Origin: Candidatus Aegiribacteria sp.
GTDB taxonomy: Bacteria > Fermentibacterota > Fermentibacteria > Fermentibacterales > JCC-6
Direction: 5' to 3'
Assembly: GCA_046498225.1 (NCBI GenBank)
Contig: JAWOBF010000038.1
Location: 1-50,748 of the forward strand
Length of the DNA: 50,748 bases
How positions within the stretch are numbered: the stretch's first letter is position 1; each line of letters begins with the position of its first letter. Position numbers and translations under genes: made by a program. Below the pieces are notes generated by a model. That model ran no database searches, was not told where the DNA came from, and saw only the letters and a program-made list of their open reading frames with translations. Shown here in pieces: positions 7,814-17,249 of the stretch.

Positions 7814-9928
7814 TTATTTGGAGGTCAGGTTGAACACTCCGGTCCATACCTCAGCGCCATCACCGGGGTCCTCCGCCATGGCCCTGCACCTGTCCGCCAT
7901 GATTCCCGAGGGAGGGTCATCCGCCGAGGCCGAGGCGAACAGCGCAGCGGCCCCGGAGAACTCACCCTTCCTGTAGAGTTCCAGAGCTTCGGCGTATATT
8001 CTGATGGCGGCACCGGTATCCTCTGAAAGCTCCCCGGCGCGGCAGATAAGCTGGAAAATGGTCACCGGTTTCTGCTGTCCCACTACCCTGACCGTATCCA
8101 GCTCACGGAAGACGAATGCGTCCCCGGCGTCCCTGCGGGTCTCGAAGGGGACCATGATGGAGGTGCCGTAAACCTTGTTCACTCCCTCCAGCCTCGCGCC
8201 GAGGTTGACCGTGCTTCCCATGACGGTGTAGTCGAATCTCCTGGAGGAACCCATGTTGCCCACGACCATGTCGCCGGTGGCAAGACCTATCCTCGTGACC
8301 AGTTCAGGATAGCCCTCACGGGCCAGACGGTCGTTCATGGAGGTGTGTGCCTCCTGGCAGCGAAGGGCGGCCGAACATCCCTTGAAAGCATGATCCTCCA
8401 TGTGGATGGGGGCGCCCCAGAAAGCGACTATGGCGTCGCCCTCGAACTTGTCAACCGTGCCGCCGGTATCCAGGATAATGTCGGTCATGGCGGTGAGGTA
8501 CATGTTCAGGATGGATACCAGGTCTTCAGGGGAAAGCTTCTCGGATATGCCGGTGAACCCCCTTATATCCGAGAAGAATGCGGTCATTCTCCTCCTGTCG
8601 CCTCCCAGGACCAGCATCTCCGGGTTCTCCGTAACCTGGGCCACAACATCGGGGGAGAGGTACTGGGAGAAGGCGCTTCTTATCTCCTGTTTCCGCCGTG
8701 TCTCGGAACTGAAGAGAAAAATTCCCCCGGCCAGCATGGTCAGGATGCCGGTGGAGGCCGGCCATACGGTATTGAGCCAGTAGCCTGACCGAAATAGAAG
8801 GAGGGAGGCCAGAAGGAAAAGAGCGGTGGGAAGGACAGCCAGTACAGTGCCCAGAAAGATGCGGTCGACGGAGGAGAGGAATACGGCGGTAAGAATTGCT
8901 ATGGTAATGGCGGATAGAATAGATACCCAATCCGGGTATGTATATAAGAAATTACCGTTCAATATGTTATCCACCGCGGTCGCCAGAACTTCCACTCCGG
9001 GGCACTGGGGTGAGTAGGGTGTGGGCTTGAGGTCGTAAAGTGCGGGAGCGGCGTAGCCGACAAGCACCACCGACCCCCTGAAAACGGTGGAATCAACCGG
9101 GCTGGGAAGGCCCATGGCTCTGGCGTTCAGAGAGGCCGTGAGGTCCGCCAGGGGGAAGCTTCTGTAGGTGCCGGCGGGACCGTGGAACCTGAGCTGAAGT
9201 CTGCAGCTCCCGGTGGTGCGCAATGAAACATCGCCGATGTCGAGTTTATCCGGACCGCAGGATACCTCCGGCTTTCCCATGGCAAGCCAGGCAATCGCCA
9301 GGGGAAGGGAGGGGGCTGGTCCGAGGGGCGTTCCAGTAAGCAGGCGGACACTGCGAAAAACGCCGTCGGGGTCCTGCCTGTCGCTGGTGCTGCCCAGGAC
9401 CTCGGCTCCCGCGGCTATCATTCCGTTGGGAGGGGTGCAGAACCAGGCCGAATCCAGGGAAGCGCCATCTATGGATGCCGGAATGACGGCGTTCGAGGGA
9501 ATTTCCGCCCCCTGTCTCTGAAGCAGGGCGATGACGAAGGAGGTGTTTCCTCGGGCGGCCGCTTCCCCGAAAAGGCTGTCTTCCGTCACGGAGTAGACGG
9601 AGGGCATGTCGAACAGTATGTCGAAGGCCACCACCTCGGCGCCCCATTCCTGAAGAAGAGTCAGGACGTCGGCGTAGAGCTGTCTGGGTACCGGCCATGG
9701 GAGCTGGTCCATGGAACCTCCGTCCAGGAGCACCAGGATCACGCTGCTGTCCGCCTGCTCAACGGTGGGGGAGAGCTTGAAGCGAAGGTCCAGGGTGCTT
9801 CTCTCGAGGTTTCCGTAGAATTCCAGCCTGGACATGCTCCAGAGCAGCAGCGTAACCGCTGTCGCTATCACCAGGAGCATGAGGGTTCTCATGGTCCTGC
9901 TTCTAGGGGAGAATTTCTCCGGGAACAT
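7814..9928 (-). CDS. CHASE2-domain class III adenylate/guanylate cyclase
   Basis: CHASE2 motifs WPVPR, VVAFDILF, DPDGVFR, PGVEV; three TM helices; cyclase motifs FFSDIRGFT, DKFEGDA, DYTVMGSTVNLGARLE. Alternative start 9892. Confidence 0.95.
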   Translation of the reverse strand: MFPEKFSPRSRTMRTLMLLVIATAVTLLLWSMSRLEFYGNLERSTLDLRFKLSPTVEQADSSVILVLLDGGSMDQLPWPVPRQLYADVLTLLQEWGAEVVAFDILFDMPSVYSVTEDSLFGEAAARGNTSFVIALLQRQGAEIPSNAVIPASIDGASLDSAWFCTPPNGMIAAGAEVLGSTSDRQDPDGVFRSVRLLTGTPLGPAPSLPLAIAWLAMGKPEVSCGPDKLDIGDVSLRTTGSCRLQLRFHGPAGTYRSFPLADLTASLNARAMGLPSPVDSTVFRGSVVLVGYAAPALYDLKPTPYSPQCPGVEVLATAVDNILNGNFLYTYPDWVSILSAITIAILTAVFLSSVDRIFLGTVLAVLPTALFLLASLLLFRSGYWLNTVWPASTGILTMLAGGIFLFSSETRRKQEIRSAFSQYLSPDVVAQVTENPEMLVLGGDRRRMTAFFSDIRGFTGISEKLSPEDLVSILNMYLTAMTDIILDTGGTVDKFEGDAIVAFWGAPIHMEDHAFKGCSAALRCQEAHTSMNDRLAREGYPELVTRIGLATGDMVVGNMGSSRRFDYTVMGSTVNLGARLEGVNKVYGTSIMVPFETRRDAGDAFVFRELDTVRVVGQQKPVTIFQLICRAGELSEDTGAAIRIYAEALELYRKGEFSGAAALFASASADDPPSGIMADRCRAMAEDPGDGAEVWTGVFNLTSK

Positions 9929-9980
9929 TCAGTTGACCCTTACTCCGACGTATGCCGGGAGCTGCGGCGGGTTTACGGGG

Positions 9981-11102
9981 TCAGTCAACCGGGACCTCTT
10001 CCGCCGATACCTTTCCGATGTCGATGAAATACTGCCGCAGGGCCAGAACGGCCTTTCGGTCGAACTGGGTGTCCATGCCCCGAATAAGAAGGTTGAGCGT
10101 CCTGGAAAGAGTGAAGGGGTCTCTGTAGTGCCTCTTGGCGGTGAGGGCCTCGAATACGTCCGCCACGGCAATTATTCTGCCCCCTATTGAGATCTCATCC
10201 CCCTTGAGACCGTCGGGATACCCCTTGCCGTCTATTCTCTCATGATGCTGGGAGGCGAAGGTCGGAACCTCGTCCAGCAGTCCCTCGAACTCTATGGAGG
10301 AAAGCATTATTCTGGTATGCTGAACGTGCTTTCTGAGTATGGAGGTTTCACCGCTGGAGAGCTTCCCGGGTTTCTTGAGGATGCTGTCGGGGACAGCCAG
10401 CTTGCCGTAATCGTGGAGCAGGGCCGCGTAGTAGATGGCCTCGGAGGTCTTCGCGTCCAGGTTCATGTACTCGGCTATCTTTCCGGAGAGGAAGGTTACG
10501 TCAAAACTGTGCCCCGAAGTAAGCGGGTCCCTGGCCTCTATAGACACCGTGAGCGCCTTTATCAGGCCATCGAACATCCTTCTGCGGCTCTCCAGGAGCC
10601 TGACGTTCTCGATGGTCACGGCGGTGTCTGAGGCGACTATCTCCAGAAACTCGGCGTCGCCGGGGGTGAAGCCTCCCTCTTTCTTGTTTATGACCTGGAA
10701 TACGCCTATGCAGTCACCGGAGGGATTGATTATGGGGGCGGCTATCATGTTCCTGGTTACGAAACCGGTGCTGTCGTCGATGGAACTGTTGAACCTCTTG
10801 TCATGGGAGACATCATCGAGAATGAGCGTCTTGCCCCTTCTGAAGACGGACCCGGCAATTCCGCGGCTGGCGTTGAACCTTATCTCCTCCGTTTCCCCCT
10901 CGGCCACGTAGGACCAGAGTTCGTCGGTCTTGGAGCTGTAAAGGAAGACAGTGGACCGTTCGACGTCCAGTACATTGCTCGCCTCGGCTGCCAGGAGTGT
11001 GACAAGGGTGTGCAGGTCGCGTACCCTGCTTATGGCCCTGGTTATCCTGAGAAGGGCCTTAAGCTGAACGGATTCACTGTTATTGTTCCCACTCTGCGGC
11101 AT
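9981..11102 (-). CDS. GAF + HD-GYP cyclic dinucleotide phosphodiesterase
   Basis: GAF region (GIAG, FN...D..TGFVTRN); RDPLTSGHS, LLHDYGK, HHERIDGKGYPDGL, ADVFEALT. Confidence 0.93.
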   Translation of the reverse strand: MPQSGNNNSESVQLKALLRITRAISRVRDLHTLVTLLAAEASNVLDVERSTVFLYSSKTDELWSYVAEGETEEIRFNASRGIAGSVFRRGKTLILDDVSHDKRFNSSIDDSTGFVTRNMIAAPIINPSGDCIGVFQVINKKEGGFTPGDAEFLEIVASDTAVTIENVRLLESRRRMFDGLIKALTVSIEARDPLTSGHSFDVTFLSGKIAEYMNLDAKTSEAIYYAALLHDYGKLAVPDSILKKPGKLSSGETSILRKHVQHTRIMLSSIEFEGLLDEVPTFASQHHERIDGKGYPDGLKGDEISIGGRIIAVADVFEALTAKRHYRDPFTLSRTLNLLIRGMDTQFDRKAVLALRQYFIDIGKVSAEEVPVD

Positions 11103-11306
11103 TTTCTCCCCTGATCAGGTGCGGCATGGACGAAGAGCACGGGTGTTTCCAGGTGGAATCTAACAGGTTCCACCGGGCTGCGGGAGGTACGGCGGAGGCC
11201 GGTCCCGCCGGAAGAGCCCGTCCGCCGGATGGCTGCAGGCTCCCTCATCAGGCCTGCAGGCCGTATAATTGTTGTTCGCCCGTAATCTATGGAATGGAGC
11301 AGAAAC

Positions 11307-12608
11307 ATGTCCACCTTACCGGCAGTGGCCATCGTTGGCAGGGTCAACGTGGGAAAATCCACGCTCTTCAACAGGATAGCCGGAGGCCGCGTTGCTATCG
11401 TGGATGACCAGCCGGGAGTAACCAGGGATCGAAAGATGACCCCCGCCCACTGGTCAGGACATGATTTTCTGGTGATCGATACCGGAGGGCTGGAGCCGGG
11501 AAGCGAGGACGCTTTTCAGGAGAGCATCGAGAAACAGATAGGGCTGGCCCTTCAGGAAGCCGACGCCGTAATCCTGGTAGTGGACGTCTCGGCGGGAATA
11601 CACCCGTTCGACATGGAGGCGGCCGAGATGGTCAGGCGGTCAGGTCTTCCCTGCTTCCTGGCGGTGAACAAGGTCGACAGCGACCGGAACATGGATATGG
11701 TGGCTGAATTCTACCGCCTGGGACTGGGACGGCCATGGCCGGTGAGCGCAATGCACGGCCACGGGTCCGGGGACCTTCTGGATGCGGTGGCGGAAGTTCT
11801 GCCGGTAGTGGAGGAGGAGAAGTACTCGGGGCTATCCATGGCCGTTGTGGGCAGGCCCAACGTGGGCAAGAGCTCCATAGTGAACCGGCTGTGCAGTTCG
11901 GAGAGGAACATCGTCACCGACCTTCCGGGCACCACGAGGGATTCAACCGACACCTACGTGACCTGGCGGGGCCTCCCGCTGAGGATAGTGGACACAGCCG
12001 GACTGAGAAGAAAGTCCAGGAAGATGGACGACGTGGAGTTCTACAGTACGGTCAGAGCCTGGAAATCCATTTCCAGGGGAGATGTTGTGCTTGCCGTGAT
12101 GGACGGGTCGGAGTATCCTGTCCAGCAGGATATACGCATCGCCGCCAAGGCCTGGGACATGGGCAAGGGAGTGGTAATAGGCGTAAACAAGACGGATCTG
12201 GGCGTGGACAGGAAGCTGTGGAAGGCCGCCATAGTTCAGCGGTTCAACCAGGCCGGTGACATGCCCATAATCTTCTTTTCCGCGCTGACCGGCCGGGGCA
12301 TTGATAGAATAATCCCAGCCATCCTTGAAGTAGGTGAGATGAGGGCGTCGGAACTGCCCACTCCTCTGATCAACAGGAAGCTGCATGAGGCCGTGGAGGA
12401 AGTCCAGCCCCCGTCCCCCAGGGGAAAGCCGGTGAAATTCTACTACGCAACGCAGGTGGGACATCACCCGCCGAAAATACTGGTATTCGTCAACCGTCCC
12501 GGCGATATTCCCGAGAACTACAGGAGATACCTGGAGAGAAGCCTCAGGGAGGTCCTGGGAATGAAGGGTGTTCCGCTGAAGATCATATACAGGAAGAGAA
12601 AGCACTGA
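11307..12608 (+). CDS. der: Ribosome biogenesis GTPase Der (EngA)
   Basis: Two G domains (GRVNVGKST/DTGG/NKVD and GRPNVGKSS/DTAG/NKTD) plus KH-like C-terminus. TATAAT at 11264-11269. Confidence 0.97.
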   Translation: MSTLPAVAIVGRVNVGKSTLFNRIAGGRVAIVDDQPGVTRDRKMTPAHWSGHDFLVIDTGGLEPGSEDAFQESIEKQIGLALQEADAVILVVDVSAGIHPFDMEAAEMVRRSGLPCFLAVNKVDSDRNMDMVAEFYRLGLGRPWPVSAMHGHGSGDLLDAVAEVLPVVEEEKYSGLSMAVVGRPNVGKSSIVNRLCSSERNIVTDLPGTTRDSTDTYVTWRGLPLRIVDTAGLRRKSRKMDDVEFYSTVRAWKSISRGDVVLAVMDGSEYPVQQDIRIAAKAWDMGKGVVIGVNKTDLGVDRKLWKAAIVQRFNQAGDMPIIFFSALTGRGIDRIIPAILEVGEMRASELPTPLINRKLHEAVEEVQPPSPRGKPVKFYYATQVGHHPPKILVFVNRPGDIPENYRRYLERSLREVLGMKGVPLKIIYRKRKH

Positions 12609-12609
12609 C

Positions 12610-13236
12610 ATGACGTTTTTCGACATAGCCTACCCGGTTGCGGCATTCCTGCTGGGCTCCGTGCCATGGTCCTGGATAATTGGCATGGCCAGAGGGCGGG
12701 ACATCAGGAAGACGGGCTCCGGTAACACCGGCGCCACCAACCTCTTCCGGACCTGCGGCAGGGGGGCGGGAATATCGGGACTGCTACTTGACGCCATGAA
12801 GGGGGCGGTGCCGGTGCTGGCCGCCGGGTGGGGCGTGGCGGGACTGGCTCCTCCCGCCGGTGAATGGACGGTGGCCGTTTCCGGCATATCCGCCGTGCTG
12901 GGTCATGTGTTCAGTCCCTGGCTCGGCTTCAGGGGAGGCAAGGGAGTGGCCACTACCCTGGGGGTCCTGCTGATACTGTCCCCGCTGAGCGTTCTCACCG
13001 GCCTTGTGGTATTCACCGTTATGCTGTTCGCCACCAGGTTCGTGTCCCTGGGCTCCATCACCGCCGCTCTGGCGGTGATACCCTCGGTCTTCATATTCAA
13101 TCCCGGTTCTCTTCCGGTGCAGCTGATAGTCTGCCTGGTGGCGGCGCTGATACTGGTGAGGCACAGGTCGAACATGGGCAAGCTGCTGCGGGGCGAGGAG
13201 AACAGGTTCCATTTCCGGGGCGGCGGCGATGGGTAG
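12610..13236 (+). CDS. plsY: Glycerol-3-phosphate acyltransferase PlsY
   Basis: LLGSVP, DIR..GSGNTGATN, GH.F...FRGGKGVAT, RH..N..LL.GEE; usual position after der. Confidence 0.96.
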   Translation: MTFFDIAYPVAAFLLGSVPWSWIIGMARGRDIRKTGSGNTGATNLFRTCGRGAGISGLLLDAMKGAVPVLAAGWGVAGLAPPAGEWTVAVSGISAVLGHVFSPWLGFRGGKGVATTLGVLLILSPLSVLTGLVVFTVMLFATRFVSLGSITAALAVIPSVFIFNPGSLPVQLIVCLVAALILVRHRSNMGKLLRGEENRFHFRGGGDG

Positions 13237-14023
13237 CTGGGGGTCTGGAAGAATGGTGCTGCTGATGGAGAGCCTGGTCTCCAAGGACCTCAAGGTCCGC
13301 TACAAGAGGTCGGTGCTGGGCTTCGCGTGGTTCCTTCTGAAACCTCTTTTCAGCATGATAGTGTACTACTTCGCCTTCACCAGGATACTCAGGTTCGGCG
13401 GCGCCATACCGCATTTCTCCCTCTTCCTTCTCACCGGCCTGCTGCCGTGGAACTTCTTCTCCTCCTCCCTCAGCGCCTCCACCACCAGCCTCCTGGACAA
13501 CCATAGGCTTATAAGGAGCATATATTTTCCTCGAATGGCCCTTCCGGCGGCCGAGGTCATAGCCAACCTGATACACCTGGTGCTGGCGCTTTTCGTACTC
13601 GAGGCGGTCCTGATACTGTTCGGCCATTACCCGGGGCTCTCCATCGTAATGCTGATACCCGCCCTGGCGCTGTTCACACTGATGACCGCGGGAATAGGCA
13701 TGCTCCTCTCCATCGGCAACGTTTTCTACCGTGACGTCAGACAGTTCATCGAAGTGCTGCTGCTGGCCTGGTTCTACTCATCTCCCATTATCTACCCCCT
13801 GGATTCCATAGGGGTGGACATAGTCGGTTCACCGAGGCTCCTTACGCTGCTGAAGTTCAACCCCGTGGCCGGCTTCATGGAGATAATGCACTCGGTCCTT
13901 TACGCCGGGAGCTGGCCTCCGGCGTGGTGCTGGCTCTCACTGGGGTCCTGGTCGGGCCTCTTCCTGCTTGCCGGAGTGCTTGTGTTCAGGCGCGGCGAGC
14001 CGGTGGTTGTGAAGGAGCTCTGA
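13229..14023 (+). CDS. wzm: Polysaccharide ABC exporter permease (Wzm)
   Basis: DLKVRYKRSVLGFAW..LKPL, FYRDV, F..PIIYP, NP motif; about six TM helices. Confidence 0.9.
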   Translation: MGSWGSGRMVLLMESLVSKDLKVRYKRSVLGFAWFLLKPLFSMIVYYFAFTRILRFGGAIPHFSLFLLTGLLPWNFFSSSLSASTTSLLDNHRLIRSIYFPRMALPAAEVIANLIHLVLALFVLEAVLILFGHYPGLSIVMLIPALALFTLMTAGIGMLLSIGNVFYRDVRQFIEVLLLAWFYSSPIIYPLDSIGVDIVGSPRLLTLLKFNPVAGFMEIMHSVLYAGSWPPAWCWLSLGSWSGLFLLAGVLVFRRGEPVVVKEL

Positions 14024-14024
14024 C

Positions 14025-15221
14025 GTGAGACCCGGGGCCATAAGGATGGAGAGGGTAACCCTCGATTACCGGCTGTACCATGACAGGGCCGTGACCCTGA
14101 GGGAGACCATGCTCAACCTGTTCAACAGGAAGACCAGCATGGAGCATTTCAGGGCCCTGGACGGGGTAAGCCTTCAGATAGACCCCGGGGAATCGGTGGC
14201 GCTCATAGGCGCCAACGGGGCGGGAAAGTCCACAACGCTCAAGATACTGGCGGGCATATACCGTCCCACATCCGGGACCGCGGCTTCGGGCGGCAGGATA
14301 GCCTCGCTGCTGGACCTGGGCGTCGGGTTCCATCCGGACCTGACAGGCGAGGAGAACCTGATGCTCAACGGCGCCCTGCTGGGTCTGGGGCGGAGCGAAA
14401 TGAAGGAACTGGTCCCTGAAATCGCCGATTTCGCGCAGCTCGCCCGCTTCATGGATACACCGGTGAAATACTATTCCAACGGAATGTTCATGCGGCTGGG
14501 TTTCAGCCTGGCTACGGCAGTGGACCCCGACGTACTGCTGATAGACGAGGTGCTGGCCGTGGGGGACGCCAGCTTTCAGGAGAGGTGCTACAAACGCATA
14601 TGGGATTTCAGGCAGAGGGGGAAGACCATTATCTTCGTCTCCCACGACATGGAGGCGGTATCCAAGCTCTGCAGGAGGGTGGTATGGCTGAGGGAGGGAA
14701 GGATAGTCAGGGACGGCGAACCCGGAGAGGTGCTCTCGGGATATCTGGAAAGCAGTCAGAAGCGCCATGCGGACACTACCGCCTCGCCCAGGGAGTGGGG
14801 GAGCAGGGAGATATGGTTCGATTCCGTGACCGTGAGGAACGGTGAGGGAACTCCATGCAGGACATTCAGGAAGGGGGAGAAACTGGTGGTGGACACCGTC
14901 ATCAGGAGCCGTCTTCCCCACAGGGTGGATAACGTGATATTCGGGTTCTCCATACACAGGAGCGACGGTGAGACCGTCATAGGGACGAACAACCTGGAGC
15001 TGAACCAGCCTCTGCTGAGCGTAGATGGCTCCCTGGAAGCTTCCGTGGAGATCGACCTGGAGATAGACGAGCCCGGAGCTTACCTCCTGGGCATAGCCCT
15101 CACCGACCCCAGGGCTTCGAAGGACTACCACTGGCAGGAGTATTTCTATCCGGTGACACTGCTGGAGGAGAGGAAGGAACCTCCCCTGAGGCTTTCGGGC
15201 GCCGTCTGGAAGCAGGAATGA
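14025..15221 (+). CDS. wzt: Polysaccharide ABC exporter ATPase (Wzt) with C-terminal Wzt_C domain
   Basis: Walker A GANGAGKST, PVKYYSNGM signature, DEVLAVGD, VSHD; C-terminal beta domain. Confidence 0.92.
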   Translation: MRPGAIRMERVTLDYRLYHDRAVTLRETMLNLFNRKTSMEHFRALDGVSLQIDPGESVALIGANGAGKSTTLKILAGIYRPTSGTAASGGRIASLLDLGVGFHPDLTGEENLMLNGALLGLGRSEMKELVPEIADFAQLARFMDTPVKYYSNGMFMRLGFSLATAVDPDVLLIDEVLAVGDASFQERCYKRIWDFRQRGKTIIFVSHDMEAVSKLCRRVVWLREGRIVRDGEPGEVLSGYLESSQKRHADTTASPREWGSREIWFDSVTVRNGEGTPCRTFRKGEKLVVDTVIRSRLPHRVDNVIFGFSIHRSDGETVIGTNNLELNQPLLSVDGSLEASVEIDLEIDEPGAYLLGIALTDPRASKDYHWQEYFYPVTLLEERKEPPLRLSGAVWKQE

Positions 15222-16525
15222 GCTTCCTCCTCCGCCACCGTCACATGGTCCTGGTCCTGGCGGTGCTGCTTCCCAGGATGGCCTGGTTCTTCCTTCTGGG
15301 CGGAGCGCTGCCGTCACCCACCCGGGACCAGGGACTGTACGTTTCCGCCGCGGGCCGGATCCTCGAGGGAGAGGGGCTCTCGTACAGCCGGGAGACGGGG
15401 CTGCTTCGGAACAGGATGACCAGGGAGGAGGAGTTCAGGACCACATGGGTCCGGGAACCCGACTACATGTTCGGCATGGTCCCGGTGGAGACACCAACCG
15501 CTTCAATCGAGCCCGGTTACCCGGTTCTTCTGGCCGCTGTCCTGCTGGCAACAGGTCCCGTGGCCGGTGCGGTATTCCTGCTCAACTGCCTCTTCGCCCT
15601 GCTGGGAGCCTGGGCGGTATGGAAGCTGGTGGAGGAGAACTGGGGGGAGAGGGAGGGTATCCTGGCGGCACTGCTGTGGTCACTCTACCCGTACTACATC
15701 TACTACAGCGCCTACGCCATGACCGAAACCGTGCATTTCGCGCTGCTTCCGCTGATACTCCTCTTCACTGTCAGAGCGGGTTCTAGGGACCGTGACGGCC
15801 TTGCCTCGGGCCTCTCCACGGCCTTCCTGTTCCTGGTCCGAAGCACCGCCATATTCCTTCTGCCGGTTCAGATGCTCTGGCTTTTCCTGAGGAGGAGATG
15901 GAGGAGCGCTCTGCTGGCTGCTGCGGGGTTCCTCCTGCTCTGCGCGCCATGGGTGGTTCGGAACCAGCTGCAGCTGGGCAGCCCTGTCCTCATGCCCACG
16001 AAGGGCGCGCTGAACCTCTGGATGAGGAACAACCCCGACATTCTGGCAATAGAGGGAATAGGCATACCGGATTTCGTGGAGGAAGGCATCAGCAGAAGGG
16101 ACCTCCTGGAGTACCCCTCGATGGAGGGGGCCGATACGGAGCTGGAGAGAAGCGGTCTTCTTATGGAAAGGGCCCGCGGCTTCATTCTCGCAAACCCCAT
16201 GCTGGTAGCCTGCCTTACCGTGATAAGGGCCGGGAACTTCCTGTCGCCTGCAGGCGGCACACTGGATCATCCCGCGGCAACAGCCGCCGGACTACTGCTG
16301 TACCTGCCCATGCTGGCCGCCTCGGCCGTGGAGCTGTTCAGAAGAAGGAAGGACGGCAGAGTGCTGCTCCTGGGAAGCTTTTTCCTCCTCTACCTGGCCC
16401 TGCACTCCCTGGCCCACGGCGGTGTCCGCTACCGTCTGCCGGTGGACATGGTCCTGATGGTCCTGACATCGCTCTACATCGGAAGGAAGGCGGGATGGCG
16501 AAGGGATGAAGGGACGGATGGCTGA
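15218..16525 (+). CDS. GT-C fold membrane glycosyltransferase (ArnT/PMT_2-like)
   Basis: Polytopic; early D..Y, PGYP..LA, MTE, PWVVRN, G..NLW..N, RYRLP motifs. Confidence 0.75.
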   Translation: MSFLLRHRHMVLVLAVLLPRMAWFFLLGGALPSPTRDQGLYVSAAGRILEGEGLSYSRETGLLRNRMTREEEFRTTWVREPDYMFGMVPVETPTASIEPGYPVLLAAVLLATGPVAGAVFLLNCLFALLGAWAVWKLVEENWGEREGILAALLWSLYPYYIYYSAYAMTETVHFALLPLILLFTVRAGSRDRDGLASGLSTAFLFLVRSTAIFLLPVQMLWLFLRRRWRSALLAAAGFLLLCAPWVVRNQLQLGSPVLMPTKGALNLWMRNNPDILAIEGIGIPDFVEEGISRRDLLEYPSMEGADTELERSGLLMERARGFILANPMLVACLTVIRAGNFLSPAGGTLDHPAATAAGLLLYLPMLAASAVELFRRRKDGRVLLLGSFFLLYLALHSLAHGGVRYRLPVDMVLMVLTSLYIGRKAGWRRDEGTDG

Positions 16526-17249
16526 GATGAAGCTGATGGTCACCCTGGACGACCTGGGAATATCTCCGGGAGTGAATTCCAGCGCCGCCGAACTGATACC
16601 CCTGGGGGTGGTCGACTGCCTGAGCATAATGCCCACCGGCCCGGAATTCGCGGGAGCGGTGGAGCTGGCGTCGAGTTCCGATGCGGCCGTATCGGTGCAT
16701 CTGAACTGCATAGAGCCTCCTTTTCTCACAGGAACGGGTTTTCCCTCCTCCCAGGGAGTCTGGTTCTTTCGAGGAAAGAGTTTCGTCGATGAGGTGAGGG
16801 AGGAGTGGAGGAGGCAGATAGAGCGGGTCCTGGCAGGGGGGCTGATGGTGACCCGGCTGGACAGCCACCAGCACATCCATCACGTTCCGGGACTGAGGGA
16901 ACTGATACTGGAACTGGCAGGGGAGTACGGTATATCATCGATCCGTTCGGCTGTTCTGCCGGACAGGTGGAGGAGCCTTGAGGCCCTGACACTGGACCGG
17001 CTGGGCAGAAAACTGGCCCGGATGGCGTCCAGCGCCGGCATCTCCACGCCGGACGCCATGATGGGGTTCACCGCCGCCGGGTCGGTGTCCGCAGAGTATT
17101 TAAGGTATATGGAAAACAGCACGAGAGGCGGGGGAACGGCGGAACTGGTCATGCATCCTTCTATTGAGCCGGAATGGTCTCTCTATCAGCCCGAAGAGCA
17201 CCGTCTCATGGGCTCGGAATGGTTCAGGGAATGGAAAGAGGCACACTGA
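16506..17249 (+). CDS. YdjC/ChbG/HpnK-family carbohydrate deacetylase
   Basis: DDLG...VN, VHLN, LDSHQHIH, ELVMHP. Confidence 0.9.
   Translation: MKGRMAEMKLMVTLDDLGISPGVNSSAAELIPLGVVDCLSIMPTGPEFAGAVELASSSDAAVSVHLNCIEPPFLTGTGFPSSQGVWFFRGKSFVDEVREEWRRQIERVLAGGLMVTRLDSHQHIHHVPGLRELILELAGEYGISSIRSAVLPDRWRSLEALTLDRLGRKLARMASSAGISTPDAMMGFTAAGSVSAEYLRYMENSTRGGGTAELVMHPSIEPEWSLYQPEEHRLMGSEWFREWKEAH

Noticed and set aside
11180..11230. c-di-GMP-I riboswitch upstream of the HD-GYP gene
   Set aside because: The minus strand has only GGGAC...GCCTCCG fragments; the GCAAA motifs and GNRA tetraloop/receptor are missing.
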